In this document: piece by piece, positions 22,181 through 35,094 of the stretch | Layout: every line of letters starts with the position of its first letter | How positions within the stretch are numbered: position 1 is the stretch's first letter | Assembly: GCA_020891255.1 (NCBI GenBank) | Contig: BQFW01000005.1 | Location: 992,001-1,056,000 of the forward strand | Source of the DNA: Entomortierella parvispora E1425 | Taxonomy: Eukaryota > Fungi > Mortierellomycota | Direction of reading: 5' to 3' | DNA: 64,000 bases | Position numbers and translations under genes: made by a program | Notes under the pieces: generated by a model | Told to the model about the DNA's origin: nothing | Databases searched by the model: none | Seen by the model: only the letters and a program-made list of their open reading frames with translations

Positions 22181-25161
22181 ATGACCAGCCTCGGGGACTT
22201 TGACGACTTTCTTGCCCTCGCTGTTCCTGCCACACCTCCTCCTCCCCCACCTCTCTCAGCCTCGTCCTTGCCCGTTGCTCCAGGCACCCATCCGGACCAG
22301 CATGATCCGCAATCACAGCTGCAGCACCATGACTCCTACCTAGACCATAACTCTGCAGCAACCACAGCTGAAAAGGAGCCGGCCCTTTCCCCGATACATC
22401 TTGTCGCGCTATCCAACGTAAAACTCAACAACGACCTCTACTCTAACCGCTCGCTGTCAATCCACAAACGGATCCTGGTCAAGAATCTCTTGACCCTCAT
22501 ATACCAACTGAACCCACCTCTGGACTGGGCCCTGTATGCACAGGAGCAGTTTGATGCAAAGACCGCCTTTCAGGAACAGGATGAGCAACATCAGCATGGA
22601 CAACAAGAAGACAAGAATGGCGGTCATGCAGGGAGCGAAAAGACAATGCCTGTAGTGTCCATCCCTTCACGATCGTCATCTGCACCACCGTCGTATTTGC
22701 CAAAGGTACGGGCCGTTTTGCTTATTTTCGCTGCATGTTTTTCCTGCTCTTTGGCTGACCCTGTCCTCTCCCCTATTTCGTCTCGTTTGTAATATTCTTG
22801 CACCTGCAGCAGGCCCCTGTCACTCAAAATAACGACAGCATCAGCAGCAACAGCAACAACAACAACAACACCGACCCCATCAACACCAGCGCCTCGGCCA
22901 AAGAGGCATCTCCATCTAACGCTGCTCTGGCAGCAGCGGCGGCAGTTCCTCTGCCTCGTCCAAAGTCTGCCGAGTTGCCTCAGTCGCTTCATTCATACTT
23001 GTCCACGGTCTTTGATGTTGACTGGTCCGTCGAGCTGCCCAATACTGAGGACTCGCTCTTCACTCATGGGGCTCCTTCCATCGGCCTCTCCTCTTTGAAT
23101 GGCAACGGACCCTCCTCTTCCATGGCCTCCAAGCGCAAGTCGCTTACGTCTGGACTTTCTTCTGTGACCTCAGCATCGACAGTGGCATCAACCCATGCAC
23201 CGGCACTCCCGGCAAGACCGTCAGCTTCTTCAACACTGTCTGCATTCTCCTGTCTGTCAGCAGCCCCATCTACGTCCTCTGTGAGCAGTGGAGGGAGCAC
23301 GACGGTCGGCACTAGTCTACTTTCGACAGGGCGAGCGGGCCTAGCTGGACTTGGTTTGGGTTTTATGAAGCAACAGGACCAACCGGATAGACCTGTACCG
23401 CCGCCCAAGGACACCATTGGTGGCAACGGCACTATCAGCAACGGTGCTCGTTCAACCCCGACTGCTGTCACTTTGGTCCGAAAGTCATCCCTGCCATCCA
23501 ATTACGCCAAGGATCGTAATAACAACAGTCTGGCCAATGCTGTATCCACAAATTCGAATGCTGGCGACAATCTAACGCCTGTTGCTACTGCCCCTACCTC
23601 TCCCAACATGTCGTCAGACGGCAGGATCGTCCCAACACGTAAAGCGAGTATCAGCAGCGCAACAAGACCAAGACTTGTTCCTGGCAGACGATCGTCCCTT
23701 CTTCCGCCAGGTCAATTACAGGCCCCAATCTCCCCTCCTTTGTCAGCTTACAACACCAACAACGCCTTCTCGGACAGGGGTGCACAGGATGGATCCCAGA
23801 ACAGGAACCAAGGCAACGCGAATTTCCAGGACTCTGGCAACTCTTCATTTCTGGCGCCTCCTTCGTTATCCTTTGCGCCGTCATACTCGCCTTCAACCTC
23901 ACCCACAACCTCACCCACAACCTCGCCTACACATGCTACATTCTCAAAGCGAACATCTTCCCTTACAGCAGAGAGACCCAAGCCTGCGCCAAGGACGCCA
24001 AGTAGTGAAAATACCCACGCCGGATCTTCATACTTTCCAGCAACGAGCACTACCTCCGCCCTTAACTCTAGCATGCATAGCAGTGGAAGCGCTGTCACAA
24101 CTTCGGTGGCCATTGAGAGCATCATTGGGCTTCCTCGACCTCTCTTGAGCGGAGGGCCACTGTCAGGATCATCGCTGTTGTCCAGCTCACCACCTCCTTC
24201 GCCTCCAGAAACTTCAGCTTCAGGAACCTATTCATCCTCTCCATATCTCCAGCATCAGCCGCAACAGCTTCAATCGGTATCACCTCCGCCGTCGTATGCT
24301 CGTTCATTTTCAGATGACCCGTACGCAATCGGGTGGAGGTCGCCCTCACCAGCACCTTCTTCATCGAGTACGTTGCCAACACCTCCCTCATCCCCAGGAT
24401 ATCATTCGAATCTTCCTCGCCCACAGCCCACCTATATGCTGAAAGCATCCAAATCAAGCCCGTGTCTGGTCAGCTCAAATGGAATCGAGAGCGAGGATGA
24501 GGATCACGAGGTGCCGGCGATGCCATTCCATCATGCTATCCCGTACACACCCTCGACTCGATACAATCCCCAGCCCAAGCCGCCTTCTCCCCAGATGCAA
24601 CAAAGGCAGCAGCAGCAACAGCAGCAGCATTCCCATCAGGCATACCCATACAGCGAATCCTCTGGATATCAAGCGCAGCAATCTTCACAGCAGCATCAGC
24701 AGTACGAACAGCAGCAACAAGATCCTTTGGCCCCTAGACAAACGAGCACAGGGTTCAAATTGTTGGCGAGATCAAGCTCAAGGAGAACGGGATCATCACC
24801 GACGCTTCCCGCTGTCAACTCGACTTCAACTTCAGGATCTTTGAACATCAGTGCTCCGCTTCCGCTGATCCCGACCCACCAGAATTATAACAACTATGAC
24901 CCATATATTCAGCATGGACAGGGTCACGGAAATGGACATGGAAGAGATCTCGGTGGCTATGGACATGGGCACAGCCAAAGCATGGTGAACCTCGGAAGTA
25001 TCTCCTTGGCCTCCTCTCATCAATACCAACAACAGCTGCAGCATCAACAAGTGGCCAAAACGCCTTCACCGTCTTCTACTCTTGGGCGGTGGAATTCAAT
25101 GAAGATGATCTTGGGTCTGCGGGTTGGACAAGGGTCGTCCTCGTCTTCGTCCACTCGCTAA
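22181..25161 (+). CDS. Large S/P/Q-rich disordered protein with an N-terminal SERTA-like motif, 2 exons
   Basis: Exons 22181-22705 and 22810-25161 join in frame (AAG|GTACGG...GCAG|CAG). Motif LVALSNVKLNNDLYSNRSLSIHKRILVKNLLTLIY. Confidence 0.8.
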
Positions 25162-25206
25162 AGAGAAAGCTCTGTTTTGTGCCTCTTTTGTTTGTTTCTT
25201 TTGTTT

Positions 25207-25237
<31 letters not shown>

Positions 25238-26379
25238 CCTCCTCTCCACCCGTCGTCCGAGGTTTGGGACTCGTTCGAAAGTTTTTATCGTAGACTCTGT
25301 ACATATTTTCATTCATATTAAAGCATTTTCTTTCTTGGTTCCGTATCCACTTTTTTTTTTCCTTTGAATTTTCAAACGGGGCCATGCCAGATGAGATGGG
25401 TACGCAGATGTGATTTCACAGCTGAATAGCGTATGGGGGAGGCGCTCTTAACCACAGACATCTGGATCTACAGAGTGGTCAAAAGCAAAGTTTTTGAGTA
25501 TGCAAGGCTGAAGGTACCGGGCGAGGCCCATCCTGCTGAGGAAAGTGACGGGTTGTGTAGCGAGTCGCAGTGTAGTGTTGTGCGATATATTGGTAAAAAG
25601 TACCTTCCCTCAAAGTGGGAGGAATTGGTGCACTCATTCTCCTTTGGAGTCTTCGCCTCGCGCCAGAAAAGTGCGCCCAATGTCCAGGAACGAACCGACG
25701 CGACCAAAAACGATTTCTCGAAAAATTGGTGGCAAATAATTTTGGTGGCGTGCTGTGACTTCTCTCTCTGCTTAACTCGCCCAGCATTGAGCTTGGTTCA
25801 AGGCTGGTGCATTGGTCGCATTCATGCATAACCCAACTCCTCCATAGACCCTCTCATTCTCTCATTCGAACATGAGTTACCGACAGAATGTACACACCTT
25901 CGCATCTGCGAAGGTGGAACACGCGCGCTGAAAAGACGCCTGAATGTAACGTATCTTTTCCTCACCCTCTTTGTATGTTGTGCTGTGCGTGTATAAATGC
26001 TGACTTGGTCTTTCTTTTCCGTTCTCCATGTAAAGCGCCTCTGTGGAGTGAACAAGCATTGCTTAGAAAACCACACAGTAGTCAGGCGAGCGGCTTCGGA
26101 TCCTCATGACCGACCACATTTGGCATCTTCACGCGATTTTGTTACAATCATGGACTTTTTTTTTCCATATCGGCTTGGTTCGTACTCAAGTCTCCCCGAA
26201 GATGGATGTTTGACAACCAAGGGTGGGGCGTGGTCTCCACCACGCCTTTGAACTAAAGAGATGAGGTGAATGGTCATAATCAGTTGATGATACCCTTGGT
26301 AAGAGCAGAAAACTGGTGCAAAGTGGTTCAGCAAGTGTCTAAAGCTACTCGTTTACTCATGTCATTGTTACAAAATCTG

Positions 26380-28640
26380 TTTCTATTACTGACTCTTTCC
26401 AGGGTCATGGCACACGGGTCCAAACTGTATAATCAACTCGCTATCCCCTGCAACCTCAAACATCGTCAAACTCGCAGGATCTGTGGTGAAGATGGACCAA
26501 AGCTGGATGAAGGATGCATCCTCCTTGCCGATCATCCCGCAAGGTATCGAGGAGAACCGGGGCGCATACATCGCCATCTTATTCCTCAACAGATATCATA
26601 GGGCTGAACTGTTGACCTCGTTCAGATACATGCGAATTCGGAAAGCTACCAGTGCAGGCGGATGCTCGCAAATATCAGTTGCGAAGGCAAGGCCTGAGTC
26701 TGATTGATGAGAACTTGTTGTGGCACAGGGAACCCCCCTGACACAACTCATAGGATCCTTTCAACCAGTCTGTCTCGGGGCACCTTAAGAAGCTTGGAGT
26801 GATGGGAGGGATCATAGTCGTATGATGGCGCTTACAGTTGGGAAAAGATGGTGCTGCCTATCGGCGGTCCATTCGATTCCTCGTTGTGTCTCAATGGCAT
26901 TCTTCACTGTGAGTATTATGGAGTCCCTTATTAGTTTGGATTAGAGTATGTTTCGTAAATGGGGTACTGACCTTTCGTTGTCGTCGCTAGCCTCACTGCT
27001 AACATCAACCATGGCCGAAGCTTGGACCTAAGCCAGCAAGAATTACGGCGACAAAAAACTGTCTCGGAGGAACGAGGAATCAGCCGTCCCTCATGTCCTT
27101 CTATTGCGCTTGAACTGTTCTGCTCTATCAAGAGCTGAGCAAGACATACCCAGGGACCAAGGTCATTAACTCTTGTTGAACCGAGCAATCAAATCCTACG
27201 CCCCGAGGGTAGGATTTGCCGGATTTTAAGGGAGGAACGCTAGACAACAACGCCTATCTCTTTGGAACCCCAATAAGGGATGGAGCCAGCCTCAGCACCA
27301 GTGCAGCCATCCATCTCAGGATCGCTGCATGTACAAACAAATCTTTTGATCCACTGAGCTGAAGCCCACGCGCAACATTCGACTTTGAACCGCTGTTGGT
27401 CGGCGAGAGCCTGTTGAAAACAGCGTCGAGATTGACGAAGTCGATTCCAGCTAAAGGAAATAGGCATGTAAAGCGCCGCATGACTTGTAAAGTATGCACA
27501 TTGTATCAGACAAACCCCAAACTCTTGACTGGATTCTGGAATATGATTCCAAGGAAGGCATCAATGCGATGAACCGCATCCATAGCCACCAGCGGTGCCA
27601 ATGCCGCCTCCCATTTGCCGTCGCCATCTCCCACTATCGCTGCTTCGAGTGCTGCTGTCTCTAGCCCCCTTTCTTGCCAGTCTTGACCTCGACACTTTTG
27701 GTGAATCTCCAAGCCGGTCAGAGACCCAAACCCGAAGAGGCGGTTGTAATTGTTCCTTGTCCCGGTCAAGCAGACGTCGCGAGTGTAATGTACGATCCTT
27801 AGAGCCCCCAGACTCAAGACTGCATACAGTATATCGATGTGAGTAGGCTTCCATTCCAATCGATCATCCATCCACATTTCTGAATCTCCAGTGCTGACAG
27901 TCTCCTTCTAGTCTTCTCCCCCCCACAATAGGTAGCAACTATGAACAAATTCGATCTGATAAGTGTCCTTGTTCATGGCTCTAAGCTTATGCGTGGCTGC
28001 GAAGAAGAGCTCATTCTTCGATGACTCCGACAACAAGGACAGTGGGCAAGGTTTGGCCGTTCGTGATGCACCGAGATGGACAACTGCCCATCCATCCTGG
28101 TCATAGTTCTGATCTTGAGCTGATGCGGGAGAGGTAACCGGTCCGACGCACTCGCGACCAGCATCAGTTAATGGATCCAGTAGAGCCTGGAGAGGGCATG
28201 GGTCTCCCCTCAACGAGGCTGATGGTCAACAAATACTGGGAATGTTTTACACCCTGGATTCAACTTCAACGAGTGAATACCCGTCATCGAGCAGGATTTA
28301 CCAGATCCATCGAGCTGGCTAGAGTGGAGTGACATGCCATACATCTGAAGGGTTATGATGGGCCACTCAATTATGCTCCAAAAAAGGGTTAGGCGTTGGC
28401 TGGCTTTGCCCACATAGATGGTAACGTGAGCATCTACAGGTCCCATCGTGGCCTGTCAACAGCCGCAGGAATGAACGGTTTTGTTCAAGACTCAACCTTG
28501 CATCCAGCGGATTTCTGAGGCATGGGAATGGCTCGGAGGGAATAATCGTTTATACGAAAACTGTGACCCACGATGGAGCTGATTTCATGGAGTTCCTTCC
28601 TCAAGGATGGTTTATGGCGCCCTTCAAGTCCATTACACAT
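26380..28640 (-). pseudogene. Heavily decayed relic resembling the 5' and middle part of the PIN-Fanzor gene
   Basis: Collinear fragments GLEGRHKPSLRK (about 28630), HVTIYVG (about 28420), WKP and VCLTGTRNNYNRLFGFGSLT (H3TH-like, about 27700-27860), SAL*YLLRNKM..PRF (about 26580); by-eye similarity only. Confidence 0.4.
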
Positions 28641-29479
28641 CGACCCATATGGCTGGAGTGGATAGATCTCACCTATCCCCCGCCCCAGGGATGGCCTTAC
28701 AGCCGAGCACATCCTGGAAACGATTGATCGGCTCGATCCACTCGTGCACTCCTCTGGCTGGTCCAATGCGAGGACTTCAGATCCGAATGGAATGTGCACT
28801 GCTCTGACCGATCGGAAACCCTAATTTTTTGGTTGTCGGGCATGACCTACGACCAGACGCCTACTAAGGCGCCATCCCGACCGTAGCCCATTTCCCAGAT
28901 CGCGTCTGTATCAGGAACAGTGTTAAGCGACATGCTTACAGTGGCGCAAGGATCCAGTGACCGTGGACATCAATTTGGATCAATAGCGGTCACCATGTGC
29001 CGACTTGTCTATGCCAGGATGCTTGAATCAACGCATGCCCGATAGGAATCACGCTGGGGATGGAGGATTTTTTCTGAATCCGAACAAAGCAATGGCTTCA
29101 ACGCGTCGGGCAAAAAATCACGAGCTGAAATTGCATCTCCTGTGTTGAAGTTTGCGCAATCCAATATGGATATCCAATTCAACTCTGGTCCGCGCGCCAT
29201 CATTTACAACTCCAGACACATCAGCAAGTCCACTACTATCCTCAACGATCAAGTCACCGCTGATGCAGAAGCTGATGACGCAGGAGCTGCCGATGAAGGA
29301 TTCGATGCAGAAGGGCAACCACTGCCGCAGCGACAGCGTAACAATACCTTTCGCTATCAAAGAACTCGCTGAACCAAGTCTAGATGGAGCTGTTGAGCTA
29401 CAACATGTCAAGGAAGGGCCACATGCGCCGACATGTCTATACCAGGCTGCTTGCATCACACTCGTCATGATGCTTCTCG

Positions 29480-29810
29480 AACAGCGGATGAAATTATGGG
29501 GAAAATCCTGGAGACCTTCAGGTGGCACTTAAAGCCCCTGCTTCAAACAAGCCTGAATCCTTAATGCGTCTGGTATGACATCGGGATGCCTGAGCTTGCG
29601 TGGAGGAGCACCAGCTGGCTCCTTGATATCGGGATGGGGCGATTATCTGTCCCCCATCAAATGCTATCGACAACCGTGCATGAATACGAAACAATGGTCA
29701 AAGCCCATATTATGAGCCAAACCAAAGAGTTCTCAGACCTCCGCAAGTTCTATGGCACTAAGAAGTTCAAGAGGGACTAGTACGATTACCGAGAGGCTAT
29801 TCGTCATGAT
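29480..29810 (+). pseudogene. Possible Fanzor-like RuvC-I and bridge-helix relic
   Basis: LRKFYGTKKFKRD*YDYREA resembles LSTFYNGRNRRFKRHTWDMKRA of the 13.4-17.4 kb gene; a frameshifted LWG.(D/N)PG lies near 29500. Confidence 0.3.
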
Positions 29811-30360
29811 CTTGATTGCGCTCTCTGTTTTCCTTTTTTTTTTTCTTTTTTTCTTGCCGATTTTTAAATATTGTCTATAAATTTAATTCAAACCGGAGAC
29901 GTTGCTTGGGTTATTTAGGAGGGAGTTCGGATATGAAAGTGGCATGTTCATGCGGTTTTGGTATGCTGAGCAGTGCGGAATAGTACCCCTGTTGGTTGAT
30001 ATCGTGGGACAAGGTTTCTAAATCCCGTCAAAAGTCGTCCAAGAGATAGCCCTCTGAAGTTCGTTGTTTGTACGCTATACCGCTACCCATGCGGGCTTCC
30101 AGGGAGCGGATGGTTATCACAATTCCGTGGTATCAGAGGCCCAGGACTTCGAGGTCGGATAGATCCGTGGTTGTAGGTACCAGGGCCGGGTAGTGGCGGG
30201 GAGGGAGGGCCGTGATGTCGGCGAGGACTTTCAATTTCGCGCGACGCCCGATCCGATCTGTACAAGGGCACAAATTTTGCCACCAATTTTGAACCTTTTT
30301 TTTTTTGTTTTATTTGTTTGCTCACGCTGAGCTGACACTGCGGAACCACACAAGCATGCG

Positions 30361-31782
30361 CTAGTGTCCGTTCTCCACCAACCATGCCTCCAGGGCTGGT
30401 CCATCGCGTGAGACCCACTTGCAGCGGATACGAAGAGCCTCCTTGGCTTGCTCCAGATCACGGTCAAACTCCTTGACATCCTTATCCGCAAAGAAGTCCG
30501 TCAAGTCCTTGAGGATGGCTTTATCGGCCATGCCATTGACTGGGGCCTTGACCAAAAGGCCAAGCATACCCATGTTACCCGTGAACCGCTCGTGCAGTGT
30601 TGCCCAGTGGCTCTTGATCCAGTTCCAGGCTGAATGGCGGGCCTTAATGTTCGTGGACAAACCAGAAAGGACGTGGGGCATGTCCTGGGATCGCACCTCG
30701 CTCGACAACGCAAACTCAAAGACGCGCTGAATCATCTCTTGGCCGTGGGCAGAGGCTCCAAGGGCCACCAAGGCCATTGATTGTTGGTCCTGCTTGGGCG
30801 TGGTTCTGTAGTAGTTTAGGACCTGGTCAAATTCTTTGACCCCACCATGGGTCAAGGCGATTTCGAAAGCAGTTCGGCGAATTGAGGGGTGCAGGGCAGC
30901 AACCTGGTCAGCACCCTCCTGCATAAACAGTTCAAATCGTCTCAAGCCCTCTTTCACGGTTGCCTCATGGCCGGCCTTTCCGGCAGCTGAGAGGATGGAG
31001 CCACGGAGACGGGTGGTGAGGTAATCTTCATTTTCAGGGAACTCCCATCCTAGCTGATGTACCAACTTGTCAACCAGCTCGCGTTGGAAGTGCTTGACAC
31101 CTTCGTATGTACGATCATTGACACTAAACAGTTGCATGATGTTGTCCAACTTTGCGAGCAAGAGGCTCCAAACACTACAAACAAAGAAAATAGAAAGGGT
31201 CAATACACTCTACTAAACGCGCCGCTTCAACGGATATACTGTCCTATGGGTATGAAAATATACTTACACAAAGGTCGTCTCGTTCTTGTAGTACTGAACC
31301 AAATCCAACAAGCGATTGACACTACTATATCCAGAGACTGCCAAACTGGACTGATCAGCCAAGAGACCAGCACGATCCGAGACTGCCAGATCGGGATGAC
31401 CGGCCAGGATGGCCTGACCAATCTTGCGGATGGATTCACCTGAGCAGTTGGTGCGGAAAACGCCTGTAAAGCTCTTGTTGACCAAGAAGAAAGAGGGCTC
31501 GCCATCCTTTGTCTGTGGGGCCTCGAACGTCAAACTGCGAGTGGTCAAAGTCTGATTGGCATCTTTGATTGAAACTGGCTTGGGGTGGGAACACTAAATT
31601 GTTAAAACAAGGACCGTTGAGAAAATCATTCGGTTCCTGAGGACCTTAATAATAAGTTTGCAATTCATTTACGTGATGGCGGCCTCGCCTTTCAAGACAA
31701 AGGTCTCCAGGTTTGGAGTCAGCTTGAGATCATAATGCACAGGGCTGACATTCGTTGGGAGAACTACGCGTTCGGGAGACAT
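30361..31782 (-). pseudogene. M1 (puromycin-sensitive, APE2-like) aminopeptidase with the catalytic domain deleted
   Basis: Exon 1 MSPERVVLPTNVSPVHYDLKLTPNLETF is followed after about 75 nt by ERAP1_C-type exons (DRAGLLAD..YYKNETTFVVW..VRSQD..AWNWIK..W). No GAMEN or HEXXH; exon 1 and the next exon are out of phase. Confidence 0.85.
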
Positions 31783-32153
31783 GGTGGCGGTGAGGGAGAG
31801 GAAGAGGTTGTGGAAAGGAAAGGGAGTGGAAATCTGGAAAAGAGATGTTTCGTTTTGCTTCTTAAACGTGTGATATCTCAGCCCCAAGTCGCCCGGCACT
31901 GGGCAAACGCGGCGTGCCCTCGCGGCATTTCTTGCTGTTGGGCGAGGGGCGTGTGAATTTTGATAACTCGTGTCGTTTCGCGCTGTGTTCAAACTTTCCG
32001 GGTCTCTCTGGACTGATTTCGGGGGCCAGAACCCAAGGCGAAGGTCGAGTGGACATGATTACAAAAGCTCTCAAGAAAAGAGAGCGTTTTATTGGTATAG
32101 CATGTGAGTATGTCGCCACTATGTACATGGATTGGAGTTGCCTGTCTAGGCAT

Positions 32154-32390
32154 CTACGCGTAGTGTGCGTCGTAGATCCTCTCTGCATTCTGCTTGGCCT
32201 GCATTTGAGCCTTCTCACAATCGACAAAGTTAAGGCCCTTGGTCTCCATCAACTTGTTGGCTTCGGCACCTGGAAAGGCAGCGAAAACCTCCTTGCTGAA
32301 CTGGTGGCTGTTATCGGTGCCAGCCTCTTGTTGCTTCATAGCTTGTAGGCGGCAGCACCAGAGATGAGCTCGTGAGACCAAGACCTTACG
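32154..32390 (-). pseudogene. CipC-like (DUF3759) pseudogene
   Basis: SHELISGAAAY, then a 1-nt loss, then AMK..SHQFSKEVFAAFPGAEANKLMETKGLNFVD.EKA..QA. Confidence 0.8.
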
Positions 32391-33095
32391 ATCAAAACTG
32401 AGTACAAGGAACAACTTTGGGATTATATTTTTCGCGTCCTTCCTCAGCTGCGACGTTTGACAGTACTTAACATGAAGAACACCATGACCATATTACAGTT
32501 TTCGAGGAATAGTCAAGGAGCCACCCTATACACAGTGGAGATCCATGCTACTCAAGGCGGTATACCTACCATGGACTCTGGCATGTATCCTCATCTTACG
32601 GTCCTCCGGATCAGAAATCAAAAGTTGAACCAAGACCTCCGCGACAAAATGGCTACCCTCATCCAAGCTTACCCTGAATTAGGGACTATTGACATACAAG
32701 TGTCTTTACAACACATTGGGGCACTTGCCGACCTTTTCCAGGGGGAGTTTGAAAAGCAGGCAACATCAATGGGATGACTAGCAAAGTACGACACCTACGT
32801 CTCCCATCTCTTGACACTGAGCACCAGGTGGTAATCTGGGATCCAACAGCCTCTCACACTGTCGATGACTTGATGGAGGCGTTCTCGCCAACAGGTTTAG
32901 TCATCTCGGGGCTATGACCGCCTGTCTCCACCCACAGGGCGAAGATACGATTTTTTTCACTCACCAATTTGCCACCAAATCAAGCACTGCACGTGACTCG
33001 TCCCCGTGCGATTCACGCGGCAGACATACATGCAAGGTCATGCGCGGCATGGCAGGCAGGTCATCTTTCATCATCACCACCTTCGACAAAGTAGG

Positions 33096-34985
33096 ATGCT
33101 CGCTATCGACGCGCCGCCGGGCCAGGGCAAGACCCACCAGCCATTTGTTCACTACCGGTGCCTGTGCTCCTCCCCTGGATCGTCTGCCACCGCCTCGACC
33201 AAGAGTTCCTCATCATCCATCCATGACCATGAAGCGGACTCGACTGCAGCAGGCACCTCCTCTGCTGCAGACATGAACATTGACAACACAGCAGCGTCCT
33301 CATCCTCACCAGCACCATCTTCAGCAGGCGCTCTCATCGTTCGGGCATCCCCTACAAGCCATGAGTCATTGTTTTCAGAGCATCATAATCCCCGGTCCAC
33401 AGAAGAGATCTTTGCCTCGGGGAACAGCTCGGACGAACATGGGTCCATGTCATTGTCAAGGCTGTACTTTTGCGACTCATGTGGCGAAATCCGATGCCCA
33501 AAGTGCACTCAGGACGAAATTGTCTGCTACTATTGCCCAAACTGCCTTTTTGACGTACCCACGGCCAGTGTCAAGTCTGAGAAGCACAAGTATGATCGCT
33601 TGTTCATCATGGTCTTGAAGTACAGAGCGATGCTGTGGTGAGTAACTAACATATCCTTGCGTCTTTTCCATGGGGTGTGTGTTTCCGTAGGTGCTCCCGC
33701 AATTGCTTTGAATGTCCCATCTGCCAAAATACCCTGTCTGTCGTCTCGGATGACCCAGACGTTAGTCTTTATACACCAGGAATGACAACAGCCGCTGGAC
33801 AATATCATCTCTCCTGCAACATGTGTCAATGGAACTCGAATGAGATTGGCATGACCTTTGACAAGCCAACAGGACTTGCTGGTACGACAAGCCGATAATG
33901 CTATCGAAATAGACGTTAATCAGTCAGGATTTATCCATGGTTGACTCACCAAAGGATTGCGCTTTATTATTATTCGCTTTATTTTAGTTCAACTCCAGAA
34001 AGCAGAGGATGGATTGCCAGACGTGAAGGAGTTCGGTCGTCTAAAGGATCATTTGGAAAAATATTTCCGCGTGCATGGACTCAAACAAGGTCTTCCTTCT
34101 TCGCTACTATCCTCGATTCAATCAGGAACTCTTCAATCTCTGCGCTATGTTTCCTCGACGAACCACAAGGCACAACAGAGCGACGATATTGCTCATTATA
34201 CACCCGCAGTCCAGGTCGTGGAGGATACCGAGAATCTGGAAAAACTCATGTCGATCACCTCCCTGGATGAGACCACGTCTATGAAACAACGACTTTTACA
34301 GCTTCAGAACCAGACTTATTCCACCCAGCGATTGCAACCACAGAGGATTCATTTGCGGATCAAGAAATCACGCCGGTGTCGCTCTTGCCGTCATATCCTG
34401 GTTAATCCTGAACAAAAGGCTCAAGCGACTCGATTCAAAATCAATTTGGTGGCCTTGAATCAATTACCGAATATTACGATTGCGCATATACAACCAATGA
34501 TTGTGCAGACGGTGTCGACGGTTATCTTGCGATTCACGAATCCAAGGCAGGAGGAAGCCCATGTATCCCTGGAGGCTGGTGATGGCGCTAATCCAAACCA
34601 TGGAGTCAGGATTCTCTCGGAAAATTTCACCATTGCGCCCTTTAATGAGGTCTGGGAATATGAAGTTGGAACTTTGACGGCACCCCCTGGACAGGCACAG
34701 GAGGATGTTTATGACAAGACTGCCAATTCCACTAGCATCATGCTTTACATCACGCCGGTGGCGCCAGGAGAGGTCAAGATCCCGCTGTTTGTGACGTTCA
34801 GCTTTAAGGCTCGCAAACTGCAAACGGAAACAGGGTCGCCCAAGCTTCCCTCGCAATTGGTTCTGAGTGGCGCGGCCGGACGGGATTCGATGCCACCAGC
34901 ACCTGAAGTTGAATATGTGGACAAAAAGGTCTCTTTCTGGACCGTGATCGGCTTTGGTGACGCCGTGCCTACTTTGTCATCATAG
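33096..34985 (+). CDS. DCTN4: Dynactin subunit 4 (p62), 3 exons
   Basis: Exons 33096-33589, 33691-33881, 33988-34985. LYFCDSCGEIRCPKC, YCPNCLF, CSRNCFECPIC, LSCNMCQWNS, KKSRRCRSCRHILVNPE. Confidence 0.92.
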
Positions 34986-35094
34986 ATATCATTTCGTTCA
35001 AAAAAAAAAAAAGAAATATACAGGCTGAAGAGACGTCCATGTAGTAGATGTTTTGTTTTGATAATTTATTTTCTCTGCGACAATAAGGGGGTTA

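Noticed and set aside
25722-30290. 15-bp inverted match AAAATTGGTGGCAAA (25722-25736 and 30276-30290) as TIRs around the relic region
   Set aside because: It does not extend in either direction, is AT-rich, and has no flanking TSD.
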